In this document: piece after piece, positions 47,021-55,940 of the stretch
Numbering within the stretch: position 1 is the first letter of the stretch
Layout: each line of letters begins with the position of its first letter
Source: Bdellovibrionales bacterium
Lineage (GTDB): Bacteria > Bdellovibrionota > Bdellovibrionia > Bdellovibrionales > UBA1609
Assembly: GCA_027459485.1 (NCBI GenBank)
Contig: DAIDIG010000007.1
Coordinates: 81,070-145,069 of the forward strand
DNA length: 64,000 nt
Direction: 5' to 3'
The notes under the pieces: generated by a model
Databases searched by the model: none
What the model was told of the DNA's origin: nothing
The model's input: the letters and a program-made list of their open reading frames with translations, nothing else
Made by a program: the position numbers and the translations under genes

Positions 47021-47734
47021 GTGAAACGAAAAGTTTTAAAAAGTCGCGCGGCAAAAAAAACGAATTTAGTCGTGGTTGCTCACCCGGACGATGAAACCAT
47101 TTTCTTCGGTGGATTACTAATGGCCGAACGGCGCCATGGCTGGCACGTGATTTGTGTAACCGACGGCAACGCCGACGGCCGTGGTATTGATCGACATGAA
47201 CAATTCGCACGCGCCTGCGAGGCTTTTGGCGTCAAACATTTTGATTTTTTCGATTTACCCGATCGGTACGAAATGCGCTTGAAGCAAGAAATATTGCGCG
47301 AGCGGTTAAATCGTTGGCGCGAACATTATGGCATACGCACGGTTTACACCCATGGTCCAATCGGCGAATACGGTCATCCCCACCATCAGGATGTGTCGCT
47401 GGCTGTGCATGAGGTGTTTGCCGGTACTTGCGATGTTTTTGGCGTGGCCTACAATTGTCTACCGAGTCGCATTGTGAAGCTATCGGCGCGGCAATTTGAT
47501 AAAAAGACAGACGTGCTCTCCAACATATATTTCGGTGAAACATCGCGCTTTATTCAAATATTGCCGGCCACGGATGTCGAAATGTTCGCTCAATTCGCAT
47601 TGCCCGAAGTTCGGGATTTACACAAGTACTTGTCTCAAGGCGATCCGATCCCGACGACCCATCTTAATAAGTATAAGTGGTTTTATCCGTATCTATCTGT
47701 CTTTCGCGACACAATGATCAAGCGGCCGTTTTAA
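47021..47734 (+). CDS. PIG-L (LmbE-like) family deacetylase
   Basis: VVAHPDDETIFFGG and HPHH metal-binding motifs. The start is GTG 47021, or possibly GTG 47072. Confidence 0.8.
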   Translation: MKRKVLKSRAAKKTNLVVVAHPDDETIFFGGLLMAERRHGWHVICVTDGNADGRGIDRHEQFARACEAFGVKHFDFFDLPDRYEMRLKQEILRERLNRWREHYGIRTVYTHGPIGEYGHPHHQDVSLAVHEVFAGTCDVFGVAYNCLPSRIVKLSARQFDKKTDVLSNIYFGETSRFIQILPATDVEMFAQFALPEVRDLHKYLSQGDPIPTTHLNKYKWFYPYLSVFRDTMIKRPF

Positions 47735-47833
47735 TTGTTCAGAGCGGGCCGTTTCAGCTCGATCCGTTCTGAGACAAAAAATATTTGTCATTTATATTAC
47801 TAAATATTTTTAGGTTTTATCCGATATTAGTCT

Positions 47834-48592
47834 ATGGACTTAAGACTGGTTGTGCTGGATTATCCGAAGCTCGTCCTCAATCGCGAAGTCGTTCGTAAGA
47901 TTTTCAGTGATTTAACTCTAGCGAAGCAGCAGAACTTTGAACGAGCGTCAGAGACGTACGTGAGCATGGGTCCGCTCGATATGATCAGCACCCATTGTTT
48001 AATGTACGATCAAAGTGAATTGTATACGCCAAAAATCGTCGGTGGCATTCGCGCGTGCTGGGGCAACAGGGCGCGCTATCATAGACTTCGTCTGCCCATT
48101 GAAGATTACATTACCTCCGCCCCCATCGAATACCGCAAATCCTTTGAAAGATTTCGGGCGGAGCGGCCGACACTCGTCGATGTCAATGCCGGGTTTGCCG
48201 ACCCCGATTATACGTTTGCAAAAACCGGCGTCAAAATCACCGAAATGCTATACTTTGCTCTGGTGCAATTCATAGTCAGAAAGGGTTTTGATCATTGGGT
48301 TGGCGCCACGAACGAAAAGTTCAAAGCGTCTCGATGGGCCCAGCTGACAGGTACGAGCCAAGATGGCATGATTTTTACCCATCCGCTTGTACAGGATCCG
48401 CATAAGCTTCTATTAATGGAAACGCTCAATTACGACTGGCTTTGGGATTGTTCGCAACGATACGCCGACGTCATTAGCGATCGCCTGGAGATTTTGCCCC
48501 TAGAGTATCCGAATAAGGAAACAGTAATATCTGTCGCAGAAGCCAACAGGCTCATCGATGATAAACATGGGCTTCTAAAAGCAGCTGCTTAA
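47834..48592 (+). CDS. hypothetical protein (weak GNAT-fold / LuxI-like N-acyltransferase resemblance)
   Basis: 252-aa ORF with no SD. By-eye resemblance only, in RKIFSD..., KIVGGIRA and ITEMLYFALVQFIVRKGFDHWVGATNEKFKASRW. Confidence 0.45.
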   Translation: MDLRLVVLDYPKLVLNREVVRKIFSDLTLAKQQNFERASETYVSMGPLDMISTHCLMYDQSELYTPKIVGGIRACWGNRARYHRLRLPIEDYITSAPIEYRKSFERFRAERPTLVDVNAGFADPDYTFAKTGVKITEMLYFALVQFIVRKGFDHWVGATNEKFKASRWAQLTGTSQDGMIFTHPLVQDPHKLLLMETLNYDWLWDCSQRYADVISDRLEILPLEYPNKETVISVAEANRLIDDKHGLLKAAA

Positions 48593-49453
48593 GTGGAGAT
48601 TCTCGCTGTATTCGGCTTCATACACAGATGAATCGTAACCGCTCTGTATGCATTGTAACACCTGCATTTCAAGCGGCGGTAAACCGCATAGAGTCACCAT
48701 GTCGCCGAACACTTTTGACCGGTAGTGGTAAAGTTCTTTTGAACCGTAGTGCGGGTCTTTGGTTGCTTCGATGAGTTTTTCCGTCGGTTTTGATATGATG
48801 CGAACTTTGTCAGGATAGATCTCAAATTTATACGTGAAATTTTCATCAAACGACGCAGTCGACTCGGCGATAACTTGAAACGCATCTTTATATCGATTGC
48901 ATTTGTGAAATAGGCGTCGGCCATTCGGGTCTTCTTCCGTTGTCAGAAACATGCATTTCGACAAAATTCGAATGTTGTCTACAGAATTGCCCAAGGCGAT
49001 ATATTCGCGCAAAAGATCTTCAAAGAACAAAATGCTGATTCTGTTTTGCGTACTTCGAAAATAGTCAGGGTGAACACCCAATTTAAACAAAATACCCTTT
49101 GTTAAAAAGGCCCCGTAGCGCAATTCTAAAAACTCAACGATATGCTTGGACGACATCGTATAGCTTAAAGGCGATTCGAGGTATTTTGGGTTAATGCGCT
49201 CGGGGTAATCCATGATGCCCGTGTCGACCGTAGATTTCAAAATGCGACCGTAGACGAGATCGTCATCCGATGCTCCTACGGTCCACACGAGATTTCGTAT
49301 TTTCGAAAGGGGTAGCGAGAGGCTACGATCCGACCACCAATCCAGACACTCGGCATATGAAATGTCTAGTTTCTCGGCCAATTTTCTAAGTGGCACTCCG
49401 TGCTCAAGGGTGAGACGGCGCAGGCCGAGATTGAGGTCGCGCCTTGTTTCCAT
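48575..49453 (-). CDS. HTH (XRE-like) regulator with ~210-aa unknown C-terminal domain
   Basis: N-terminus LGLRRLTLEHGVPLRKLAEKLDISYAECLDWW is an HTH pattern. AGGA RBS. Starts 8 nt after the upstream XRE gene. Confidence 0.55.
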   Translation of the reverse strand: METRRDLNLGLRRLTLEHGVPLRKLAEKLDISYAECLDWWSDRSLSLPLSKIRNLVWTVGASDDDLVYGRILKSTVDTGIMDYPERINPKYLESPLSYTMSSKHIVEFLELRYGAFLTKGILFKLGVHPDYFRSTQNRISILFFEDLLREYIALGNSVDNIRILSKCMFLTTEEDPNGRRLFHKCNRYKDAFQVIAESTASFDENFTYKFEIYPDKVRIISKPTEKLIEATKDPHYGSKELYHYRSKVFGDMVTLCGLPPLEMQVLQCIQSGYDSSVYEAEYSENLHLSSCF

Positions 49454-49461
49454 AAAATTTC

Positions 49462-49746
49462 CTAAACAGCCCGGCGATGATGCTTCACGGATTTAAAAAG
49501 TCGCTCAACATCGTCTTCGGCGCTCAACCGGTAAATCTTGCGAAAGCGATTTTGATCTAAACTCAAGATACCAATAGTTTTAATCAGCATTGGCTCGGGC
49601 ATCATGACGTGCCCTTTTTCGATTTTGCCCAAAAACTGAGCCGAGCAGCGCAAGCTCTTGGCAAGTGTCGTTTGAGTCATATTGATACTACGTCGACGCT
49701 CGAGAATGTACGAGCCAAGCATTTCTGCCAATAAAGAATGTCTCAT
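49462..49746 (-). CDS. XRE family transcriptional regulator
   Basis: 94 aa. LERRRSINMTQTTLAKSLRCSAQFLGKIEKG is a classic XRE HTH. AAGGAAGG RBS. Confidence 0.7.
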   Translation of the reverse strand: MRHSLLAEMLGSYILERRRSINMTQTTLAKSLRCSAQFLGKIEKGHVMMPEPMLIKTIGILSLDQNRFRKIYRLSAEDDVERLFKSVKHHRRAV

Positions 49747-49908
49747 GTTAATTGCCTTCCTTTGTTGTGGTTGTTGATATTTTGAAGCCTAATATACTCT
49801 ATGGTGCATGCTGACGCAATAGAACATCTTTAGGCAGCTTTTCTTTTCGAGTGTCACCGTTCAGTGAATATTAAATTGAGTAAGTTTATCTAAAGATTTG
49901 CAAAGGAA

Positions 49909-50799
49909 GTGACGAAAAAAAGCCATATGACCAAAAACTATACAGAAACCTATAAACGTAATTGGCCGATGATCCCGCACAATTTGCAAGAAAAGTTCAG
50001 CCAGCTTCGCGTTGCGGTCGCTGGATGTGGCTCAACCGGCGGCGCATTTATAGATGGACTGCTCAGGTTGGGGATTCAACATTATCACCTGACCGATACC
50101 GGCTCGTATGAACTCAACAATTTGAACCGGCAGTTCGTATTTCTCGGCGACCTCAATGTGAATAAGGCGGTTACTCACAAGAAACGGATTTTGGCCTTGA
50201 ACCCGCAGTCAAGCATTCGAGTATGGGAAGAAGGGCTGACATTGAATAATGTCTATGAGTTTGTGACAGAATGCGATTTTGTCTTTGATGCCGTTGATGT
50301 GACAACGAAGAGTGGAATGGCGATGAAATTGCGCTTACATGAAGTGCTTCATGAAAAAAATATACCGACTGGTTCGGCGCTCGACTTGGGCTTTACACAA
50401 TGGTTACAGAGTTACAATTACCATATGAATGAAGATGTGTTGAAGGGGCGTTTAGCTCGAGCGCGGGCCTGCCGGCACCCCTTGGCGGCATTAATTGAAG
50501 GGTTCGCGTCAATTGACGAATTGCCGCTCGAAATTGCCGAAGAGCTTGTTCGCCTATTTGAAAGTCCTCAAGAGAGCGCTTGTCAGCTCGCGTGTGCCTG
50601 CTTTCAATTGTCCGCAATGGTGACACCGTATATGATTAAGTTTGTGTCGACGGGGCAACTCCCTCAGCTGGTTACGATGGATGTCTTAGCGCCTTTTATA
50701 TCCAAAGCCGAAGGTCACGACCGTTTTAAAAAAACGAGGGCCGCGCATCGTCGTTTGGCGGAGCTAATCGAAAATGAGCGAAAGGTTTTGGCGGCATGA
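49909..50799 (+). CDS. ThiF/MoeB/HesA (E1-like) family adenylyltransferase
   Basis: VAVAGCGSTGGAFIDGL (GxGxxG), LTDTGSYELNNLNRQ (SNLNRQ-type motif) and DFVFDAVD. The start is GTG 49909 or ATG 49924. Confidence 0.8.
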   Translation: MTKKSHMTKNYTETYKRNWPMIPHNLQEKFSQLRVAVAGCGSTGGAFIDGLLRLGIQHYHLTDTGSYELNNLNRQFVFLGDLNVNKAVTHKKRILALNPQSSIRVWEEGLTLNNVYEFVTECDFVFDAVDVTTKSGMAMKLRLHEVLHEKNIPTGSALDLGFTQWLQSYNYHMNEDVLKGRLARARACRHPLAALIEGFASIDELPLEIAEELVRLFESPQESACQLACACFQLSAMVTPYMIKFVSTGQLPQLVTMDVLAPFISKAEGHDRFKKTRAAHRRLAELIENERKVLAA

Positions 50800-51599
50800 A
50801 CGGGGCCTATTTTTTTCTGCATTATGGCCCCGGAGGTAATTGCGATGCCGAACGCGCGTACTTCAAGAACGCGTCGGTGAGATTGCATTTTTGGGATCAA
50901 CCAGCGGCACGAACTTTTGACGAGCTGAACGAAGCCGTTACGTCGGAGTTCGCCCGGTTTGTAGCGACTCATAAGTGCCTAGGGATTGTCGGTCACAGTT
51001 TTGGTTGCGATCTCGCGATGAATTTGGCGAACCAACAAGCTAAAATTGGGTTGCGCGTGCCGGTAATTTTAGTGGCGCCAATACCCAATCTCATCTCTGC
51101 CTTTGAAAATTTGGCGCGTTGTTCTGCAAAGCAAAAAGACATGAAGGCAGATTTGCGCCAGACCATCATCGAAAAGTTGCGTGCCCTTTCAACTTCACGG
51201 GGCGAACGTCAAGTTTTATGGGACCTCGTTTTTACTATCTACGGCTATCCGAATGTAGGGCGGTTATTTTGGTATAGCGACCAGGCGTTTCTAACATTTG
51301 CCCAAAATGCGCGCGCCTATCGCGCTGTCGATTTGACAACTTGGCAAAACGTGCTTTCTGATTACATCAGTAATCATGAGCCAGCGCTTTCAAGAACAAA
51401 ATTAGCATTAACCGGCGATATGACGAAGGTATGTCTGGGCAGTGCCGACCCTTATCTCGATGACGCGATGGGCGCCTCGTTTTGGAGCCAACTGATCAAG
51501 AAGGACAACGTCTTAAATTTCACCGATGCCGCTCATTACGCGCACCTCGAAAAAATTGGCGACTTCATTAAGTTTCTAACCGCAACCGACGACAAGTAA
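50796..51599 (+). CDS. alpha/beta hydrolase
   Basis: 267 aa. HYGPGG oxyanion-like motif and nucleophile elbow G-H-S-F-G. The start overlaps the ThiF stop (ATGA). Confidence 0.7.
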   Translation: MNGAYFFLHYGPGGNCDAERAYFKNASVRLHFWDQPAARTFDELNEAVTSEFARFVATHKCLGIVGHSFGCDLAMNLANQQAKIGLRVPVILVAPIPNLISAFENLARCSAKQKDMKADLRQTIIEKLRALSTSRGERQVLWDLVFTIYGYPNVGRLFWYSDQAFLTFAQNARAYRAVDLTTWQNVLSDYISNHEPALSRTKLALTGDMTKVCLGSADPYLDDAMGASFWSQLIKKDNVLNFTDAAHYAHLEKIGDFIKFLTATDDK

Positions 51600-51666
51600 T
51601 CGCCGAAAAAATCGGCGGCGCATAGGGTGTCGCTGATTCGTGGCGCAACAAAATCGGAGGTTCTAG

Positions 51667-52065
51667 GTGAAGTCACGCACGTTCAATTATGCGGGTAAGA
51701 AGCTGAAAGCTTACTACAAAACTGCGGGCAAAGGTTACGAAGTGGGTGTTTGCCACGGCACAAAAACTCTCTTTGTGGGCAATTTCATTCACGCGAATGA
51801 AGCCACGAACTGGTACAATTTAATGGGCAAAGAAATTCACCGGTTCAGCCGCAAATTTCAAGGCTGGAATGCCGAACCCACGCGCTTTCATTGGAAGTTC
51901 GTGAGCAACACTCTCTATAAACACTATTACGATTTTCTCAACCGGTGCTTTGGCCAACATACAAAAAACTTTCATCGCGAATTCAACAAAAATGTTAAGA
52001 CTTTTCAACGAATGAAGCGCGAATGGAGCCCACGCGAGGTGGCTTACACTCGCCGCGCGGCCTAG
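51667..52065 (+). CDS. hypothetical basic, aromatic-rich protein
   Basis: 132-aa ORF with a GTG start and GGAGG 6 nt upstream. Many K/R/F/Y/W/H residues. No motif recognised. Confidence 0.5.
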   Translation: MKSRTFNYAGKKLKAYYKTAGKGYEVGVCHGTKTLFVGNFIHANEATNWYNLMGKEIHRFSRKFQGWNAEPTRFHWKFVSNTLYKHYYDFLNRCFGQHTKNFHREFNKNVKTFQRMKREWSPREVAYTRRAA

Positions 52066-52076
52066 TTCTAGAAAAT

Positions 52077-52125
52077 ACGTGCATCGGACCTCGATTGAAC
52101 CTAGTATCGACCGATGCACGTTTTT
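52077..52125 (+). terminator. intrinsic-terminator-like hairpin after the 132-aa ORF, overlapping the kefC start codon
   Basis: ACGTGCATCGG (52077-52087) pairs perfectly with CCGATGCACGT (52111-52121), with an inner TCGA/TCGA pair, followed by a T-run to 52125. Begins 12 nt after the stop at 52063-52065. Confidence 0.5.
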
Positions 52126-53871
52126 CTGATTGAAACGATTGTTATATTCGCCTCGGCCGTTGTGCTCGTGCCGATCGCGCGGCGGGCCGGTCTCGGCTCT
52201 GAATTCGGTTATCTGATCGGCGGCGTTCTTATCGGGCCGCATGTTTTTGCGCTTGTACACGATCCAAAATTAATTTTATCTGTGTCACAAGTCGGTGTCG
52301 TCCTCATGTTATTTATAATCGGGTTGAGTCTCGATTTTTCGCGACTGTGGAGACTTCGGCGCGCGGTGTTGCTTGTGGGCGGCGGTCAGGTTCTCGTATG
52401 TGGCACGTGTCTCGCTTTCATATCGGCCGCGCACGGTACAACAGCTGCGGTTTCGGTGATCGTCGGCGTGACGCTCGCTTTTTCATCAACGGCTTTCACT
52501 TTGCAACTCCTTAAGGCGTCGAACGAACTGAAAACTGAATATGGTGAAGCGGCGTTTTCGGTCCTACTATTTCAGGATCTTGTCGCGGTACCGCTTTTGG
52601 CGATTCTACCGCTTTTTTCGAAAGGGGTGGGCTCATTTAACTGGCTGTCAGGCGCTTACTCGGTCGGTCTGATTGCGGCGGTCATCGTCGGCGGGCGCTA
52701 TTTTCTGCGGCCATTTTTTCGAGTTATCGCCCGCGAGCGCTCGAAAGAACTCTTCACAATGGCGAGTCTTTTGATCATCATCGGCGTAGCCAGTGTGATG
52801 GAGTGGGGCGGCCTTTCAATGGGGCTCGGCGCATTCATGGCGGGTGTGCTGTTTGCCGACTCCGAATATCGTCACGAACTCGAGATGGATATCGAACCGT
52901 TCAAGGGCATTCTTCTCGGCTTGTTTTTTATCGCAATCGGCATGAGCGTGCAATTGCCGCTCGTATGGCAACATCCGTACATCGTGATTGGCATCACGGG
53001 CGGGGTCATCGTAACGAAATTTGTCGGTACGTATCTGGTCGGGCGATTGGCCAAGATGAGCGGGCGGTCGGCGCGCAATTTGGCGTTTGCCACGGTCGAA
53101 GGCGGGGAGTTTGCGTTTGTTATTTTCGCGCAGGCGGCGGCGCTCGCCTTGATCCCACAGCGAACAGCCGACTTTTATATTGTGTCGATTTCAGCTTCGA
53201 TGTTGCTGGCGCCGATTTTGTGGCGACTCAATCACTGGCTTTTTCGCGAGCACGCCCCGATGCGGCCGGAATTTGATAAAACACCAGATGAAGCGGCTCC
53301 GCGTGTTATTGTGGCCGGGTTCGGTCGAGTCGGGCAAATCGCCGGCCGACTCTTACGCGTAAGCAAAGTTCCTTTCACCGCGCTCGAATTGAATCCGGAC
53401 CAGGTCACTTTAATTCGCCGCTTTGGCGCCACGATTTTTTACGGCGACGCTTCGAGGCTCGATCTTCTCGAGAGCGCCGGCGCCCGAACCGCCCAGGTCT
53501 TTTTTCTAGCGGTTGGCGACTACGACGCATCCATGCGGATTGTTGACATCGTGCAGAGGAATTTTCCGCATTTGCGCATCATCGCGCGCGCCCGCAATCG
53601 CAGGCACGCACTCGATCTAATGGAGAAAAAGGTTGAACTCATTTATCGAGAGACTCTGGCCTCGAGTCTTGAAATGGCCGAAGTAATGTTTTTGCAACTC
53701 GGTTTCGACGGTGATCGCGTCGAACGCATGATGAAGGTGTTTCGCCAGCACGACGAACAAGTTTTGCGGGAACAGTTTCGCGTGCGCCGGCACGAAGATC
53801 TGTTTTTTTCGGCCGGCCGTGAAGCTCATCGTCAACTCGAGGAACTCCTCTCGACCGACAAGCAGATTTAA
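52114..53871 (+). CDS. kefC: CPA2 family cation:proton antiporter with TrkA-N domain (KefB/KefC-like)
   Basis: 585 aa. The N-terminus aligns with KefC (FASAVVLVPIARRAGLGSEFGYLIGGVLIGP). 12-13 TM helices. Rossmann motif VIVAGFGRVGQ. Confidence 0.88.
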   Translation: MHVFLIETIVIFASAVVLVPIARRAGLGSEFGYLIGGVLIGPHVFALVHDPKLILSVSQVGVVLMLFIIGLSLDFSRLWRLRRAVLLVGGGQVLVCGTCLAFISAAHGTTAAVSVIVGVTLAFSSTAFTLQLLKASNELKTEYGEAAFSVLLFQDLVAVPLLAILPLFSKGVGSFNWLSGAYSVGLIAAVIVGGRYFLRPFFRVIARERSKELFTMASLLIIIGVASVMEWGGLSMGLGAFMAGVLFADSEYRHELEMDIEPFKGILLGLFFIAIGMSVQLPLVWQHPYIVIGITGGVIVTKFVGTYLVGRLAKMSGRSARNLAFATVEGGEFAFVIFAQAAALALIPQRTADFYIVSISASMLLAPILWRLNHWLFREHAPMRPEFDKTPDEAAPRVIVAGFGRVGQIAGRLLRVSKVPFTALELNPDQVTLIRRFGATIFYGDASRLDLLESAGARTAQVFFLAVGDYDASMRIVDIVQRNFPHLRIIARARNRRHALDLMEKKVELIYRETLASSLEMAEVMFLQLGFDGDRVERMMKVFRQHDEQVLREQFRVRRHEDLFFSAGREAHRQLEELLSTDKQI

Positions 53872-53905
53872 TAGGCAACGGATTGGTTTATGTGTCGCGT
53901 GCCCG

Positions 53906-54685
53906 TCAAATAGGCCATTGTGCGCGGTAGGCGTACAGGGCAATACTCGTGGCGGCAACTGCGTTGAGCGAGTCCATCCCGGGCTTCATTGGTATCGCGA
54001 GGCAGCGTTCGTTCGCAACAGCGTCGGGGATGCCGAGCCCTTCTTCTCCGATCAAAAGCCGAAAGTCGCGCGTGAATCTATGCTTTGAAATATCGCCGCC
54101 ACGTTTGTCGAGCGCCCAGAAAGCAGACTGCGGCCCGTTGGCGAGTTCTTCAATTGACGGCCCAATCGAAAGCCGCAATCGAAGTGCCGAGCCGCTCGAA
54201 GCGCGCAGAACTTTCGACAAGAAAGGATTTGCACACTCCTTTAGCAATACGACGTGTTCGACTGAAAACGCTTCGGCGGATCGCAACGCCGCTCCCAAAT
54301 TGAGAGGGTTCGCAAGCGCTAGGAGCAGTTCTAAATTTTGCGGCGGTTGGCTGAGGTTCGCTACCGGCAATTCAGGCGCAGCCCCCCAAAGGAGCGGAAA
54401 GTGCGTGCCATGCGCGTCCAACTGTTTGAACAGTGAATTTGGTAATTCAATGACGTTGATGTTGCTCGCGCCGTTTTGAGCCGCGACAAGAATTTGTTCG
54501 CACGCATCGCGATAGGCTTCGGTCGAGATCAGGGCTTTCACTTCACCCGCCGGCTGCTCGAGAAATTCCGGCACGAGTTTTCGCCCCGCAAGCAAATATT
54601 CGCCGTGCTTTCTCACTCCGCTGGCTTCGAGTAACGTCAGGAGCCGGCGATAGGTTGGGTTGTCTGAGCTTGTGATGTTTTTCAT
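53906..54685 (-). CDS. TrmH/SpoU family RNA 2'-O-methyltransferase
   Basis: C-terminal SpoU motifs LLIGEEGLGI and LAIPMKPGMDSLNAVAATSIALY. Confidence 0.85.
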   Translation of the reverse strand: MKNITSSDNPTYRRLLTLLEASGVRKHGEYLLAGRKLVPEFLEQPAGEVKALISTEAYRDACEQILVAAQNGASNINVIELPNSLFKQLDAHGTHFPLLWGAAPELPVANLSQPPQNLELLLALANPLNLGAALRSAEAFSVEHVVLLKECANPFLSKVLRASSGSALRLRLSIGPSIEELANGPQSAFWALDKRGGDISKHRFTRDFRLLIGEEGLGIPDAVANERCLAIPMKPGMDSLNAVAATSIALYAYRAQWPI

Positions 54686-54905
54686 TGGTCCTTCAGTGAT
54701 GAGATCATAAATCTTTTATTTCTTTAGCTCGAACAAATCAAACCGTACCCTTGCCCTTTGTGTCGGTTTATTAAAGCGTTATCCTCAATGTTCAAGCAAA
54801 GCAAAATGCATCGAGTTTGCTTTGCGCGCTTGGGGGCGTAAACCCCAACCCACGCGGTGCCAAAACCAGTTGTTTTCATTCAGAAAATCGGCCACAATAT
54901 CGCAC

Positions 54906-55940
54906 ATGGAAAAATCCGAAATCGTACAATCGGCCAAAAGCATCGAAAAGCAGGCGATCACCGAGTTTTCGAACGCACCAAGCAGTCGCGACCTGTACGA
55001 TTTAAAGGTGAAATATCTCGGCAAGCAGGGCGCCCTTTCAATGTTGATGCGAGAGCTCGGTAAACTGGGCGCCGGCGATCGCCCCGCCGTCGGGCAGATG
55101 TTCAACGAAGTGAAAAATCGACTAGAAGACGCCTACGCTAGGCGCGAAACGGAACTAAAAACGCAAGAAGTGAACGCCGCGATTGAGCGTGAAAAGCTCG
55201 ATCTCACTTTGCCTGGGCCTAAAATCGCGTCGGGCGCCGCGCACCCAATTTCGCTCGTCATCTCGCAAATCGTTGAGATACTCGGGCGCATCGGTTACAG
55301 CGTGCGGCAGGGGCCGCTGATCGAAAGCGATCGCCATAATTTTACGGCGCTCAACATCCCCGAAGACCACCCGTCGCGAGATTTACAAGACACATTTTAT
55401 ATCGACGATCGGCATGTCCTACGAACCCACACCAGTCCCGTACAAGTGCGCACGATGGAAAATGAAAAACCGCCGCTTCGAATCCTCGCCCCGGGCTCCG
55501 TTTTTCGCTGTGACAGCGATGCTTCACATTCGCCGAATTTTCATCAAATCGAAGGTCTTCTCATCGACCAGAAGGTTTCAATGGCGGATTTGCGCGGCAC
55601 CATTTCGTATTTCGTCGATGAATTTTTCGGGCCGGGTCTGAAAAAACGATTTCGCCCGAGTTTTTTTCCGTTCACTGAGCCGTCGGCTGAAGTCGATTGC
55701 TCGTGCCCAATATGCCGAGGCAAGGGCTGTCGCATGTGCAAACAGTCGGGTTGGATCGAAATCGGCGGCTCGGGTCTTGTAAATCCGAAAGTGATTCAAG
55801 CGTGTGGTCTTAACCCTGATGAGTGGCAAGGTTTCGCCTTTGGTTTCGGTGTCGAGCGAATGGCGATTATCAAGTACGCAGTCGATGATATTCGGCTGTT
55901 CAGCGAAAACGACTTGAGATTTCTGGAGCAATTCCAATGA
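54906..55940 (+). CDS. pheS: phenylalanine--tRNA ligase alpha subunit
   Basis: Trimmed to ATG 54906 ([16 protein letters not shown]...). Class II motifs ([26 protein letters not shown]). Confidence 0.95.
   Translation: MEKSEIVQSAKSIEKQAITEFSNAPSSRDLYDLKVKYLGKQGALSMLMRELGKLGAGDRPAVGQMFNEVKNRLEDAYARRETELKTQEVNAAIEREKLDLTLPGPKIASGAAHPISLVISQIVEILGRIGYSVRQGPLIESDRHNFTALNIPEDHPSRDLQDTFYIDDRHVLRTHTSPVQVRTMENEKPPLRILAPGSVFRCDSDASHSPNFHQIEGLLIDQKVSMADLRGTISYFVDEFFGPGLKKRFRPSFFPFTEPSAEVDCSCPICRGKGCRMCKQSGWIEIGGSGLVNPKVIQACGLNPDEWQGFAFGFGVERMAIIKYAVDDIRLFSENDLRFLEQFQ

Noticed and set aside
49747-49908. MccA-like or other RiPP precursor mini-ORF upstream of the ThiF-like gene.
   Set aside because: The only short ORFs are MVHADAIEHL (from ATG 49801) and MLTQ. 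Neither has an RBS or a C-terminal Asn, so there is no support for a microcin C-type precursor.
54788-54841. Candidate pheS attenuator leader peptide ([17 protein letters not shown]).
   Set aside because: It has only 2 Phe in 17 codons, no tandem Phe run, no RBS and no terminator T-run after the hairpins. It does not resemble the E. coli pheM-type leader.
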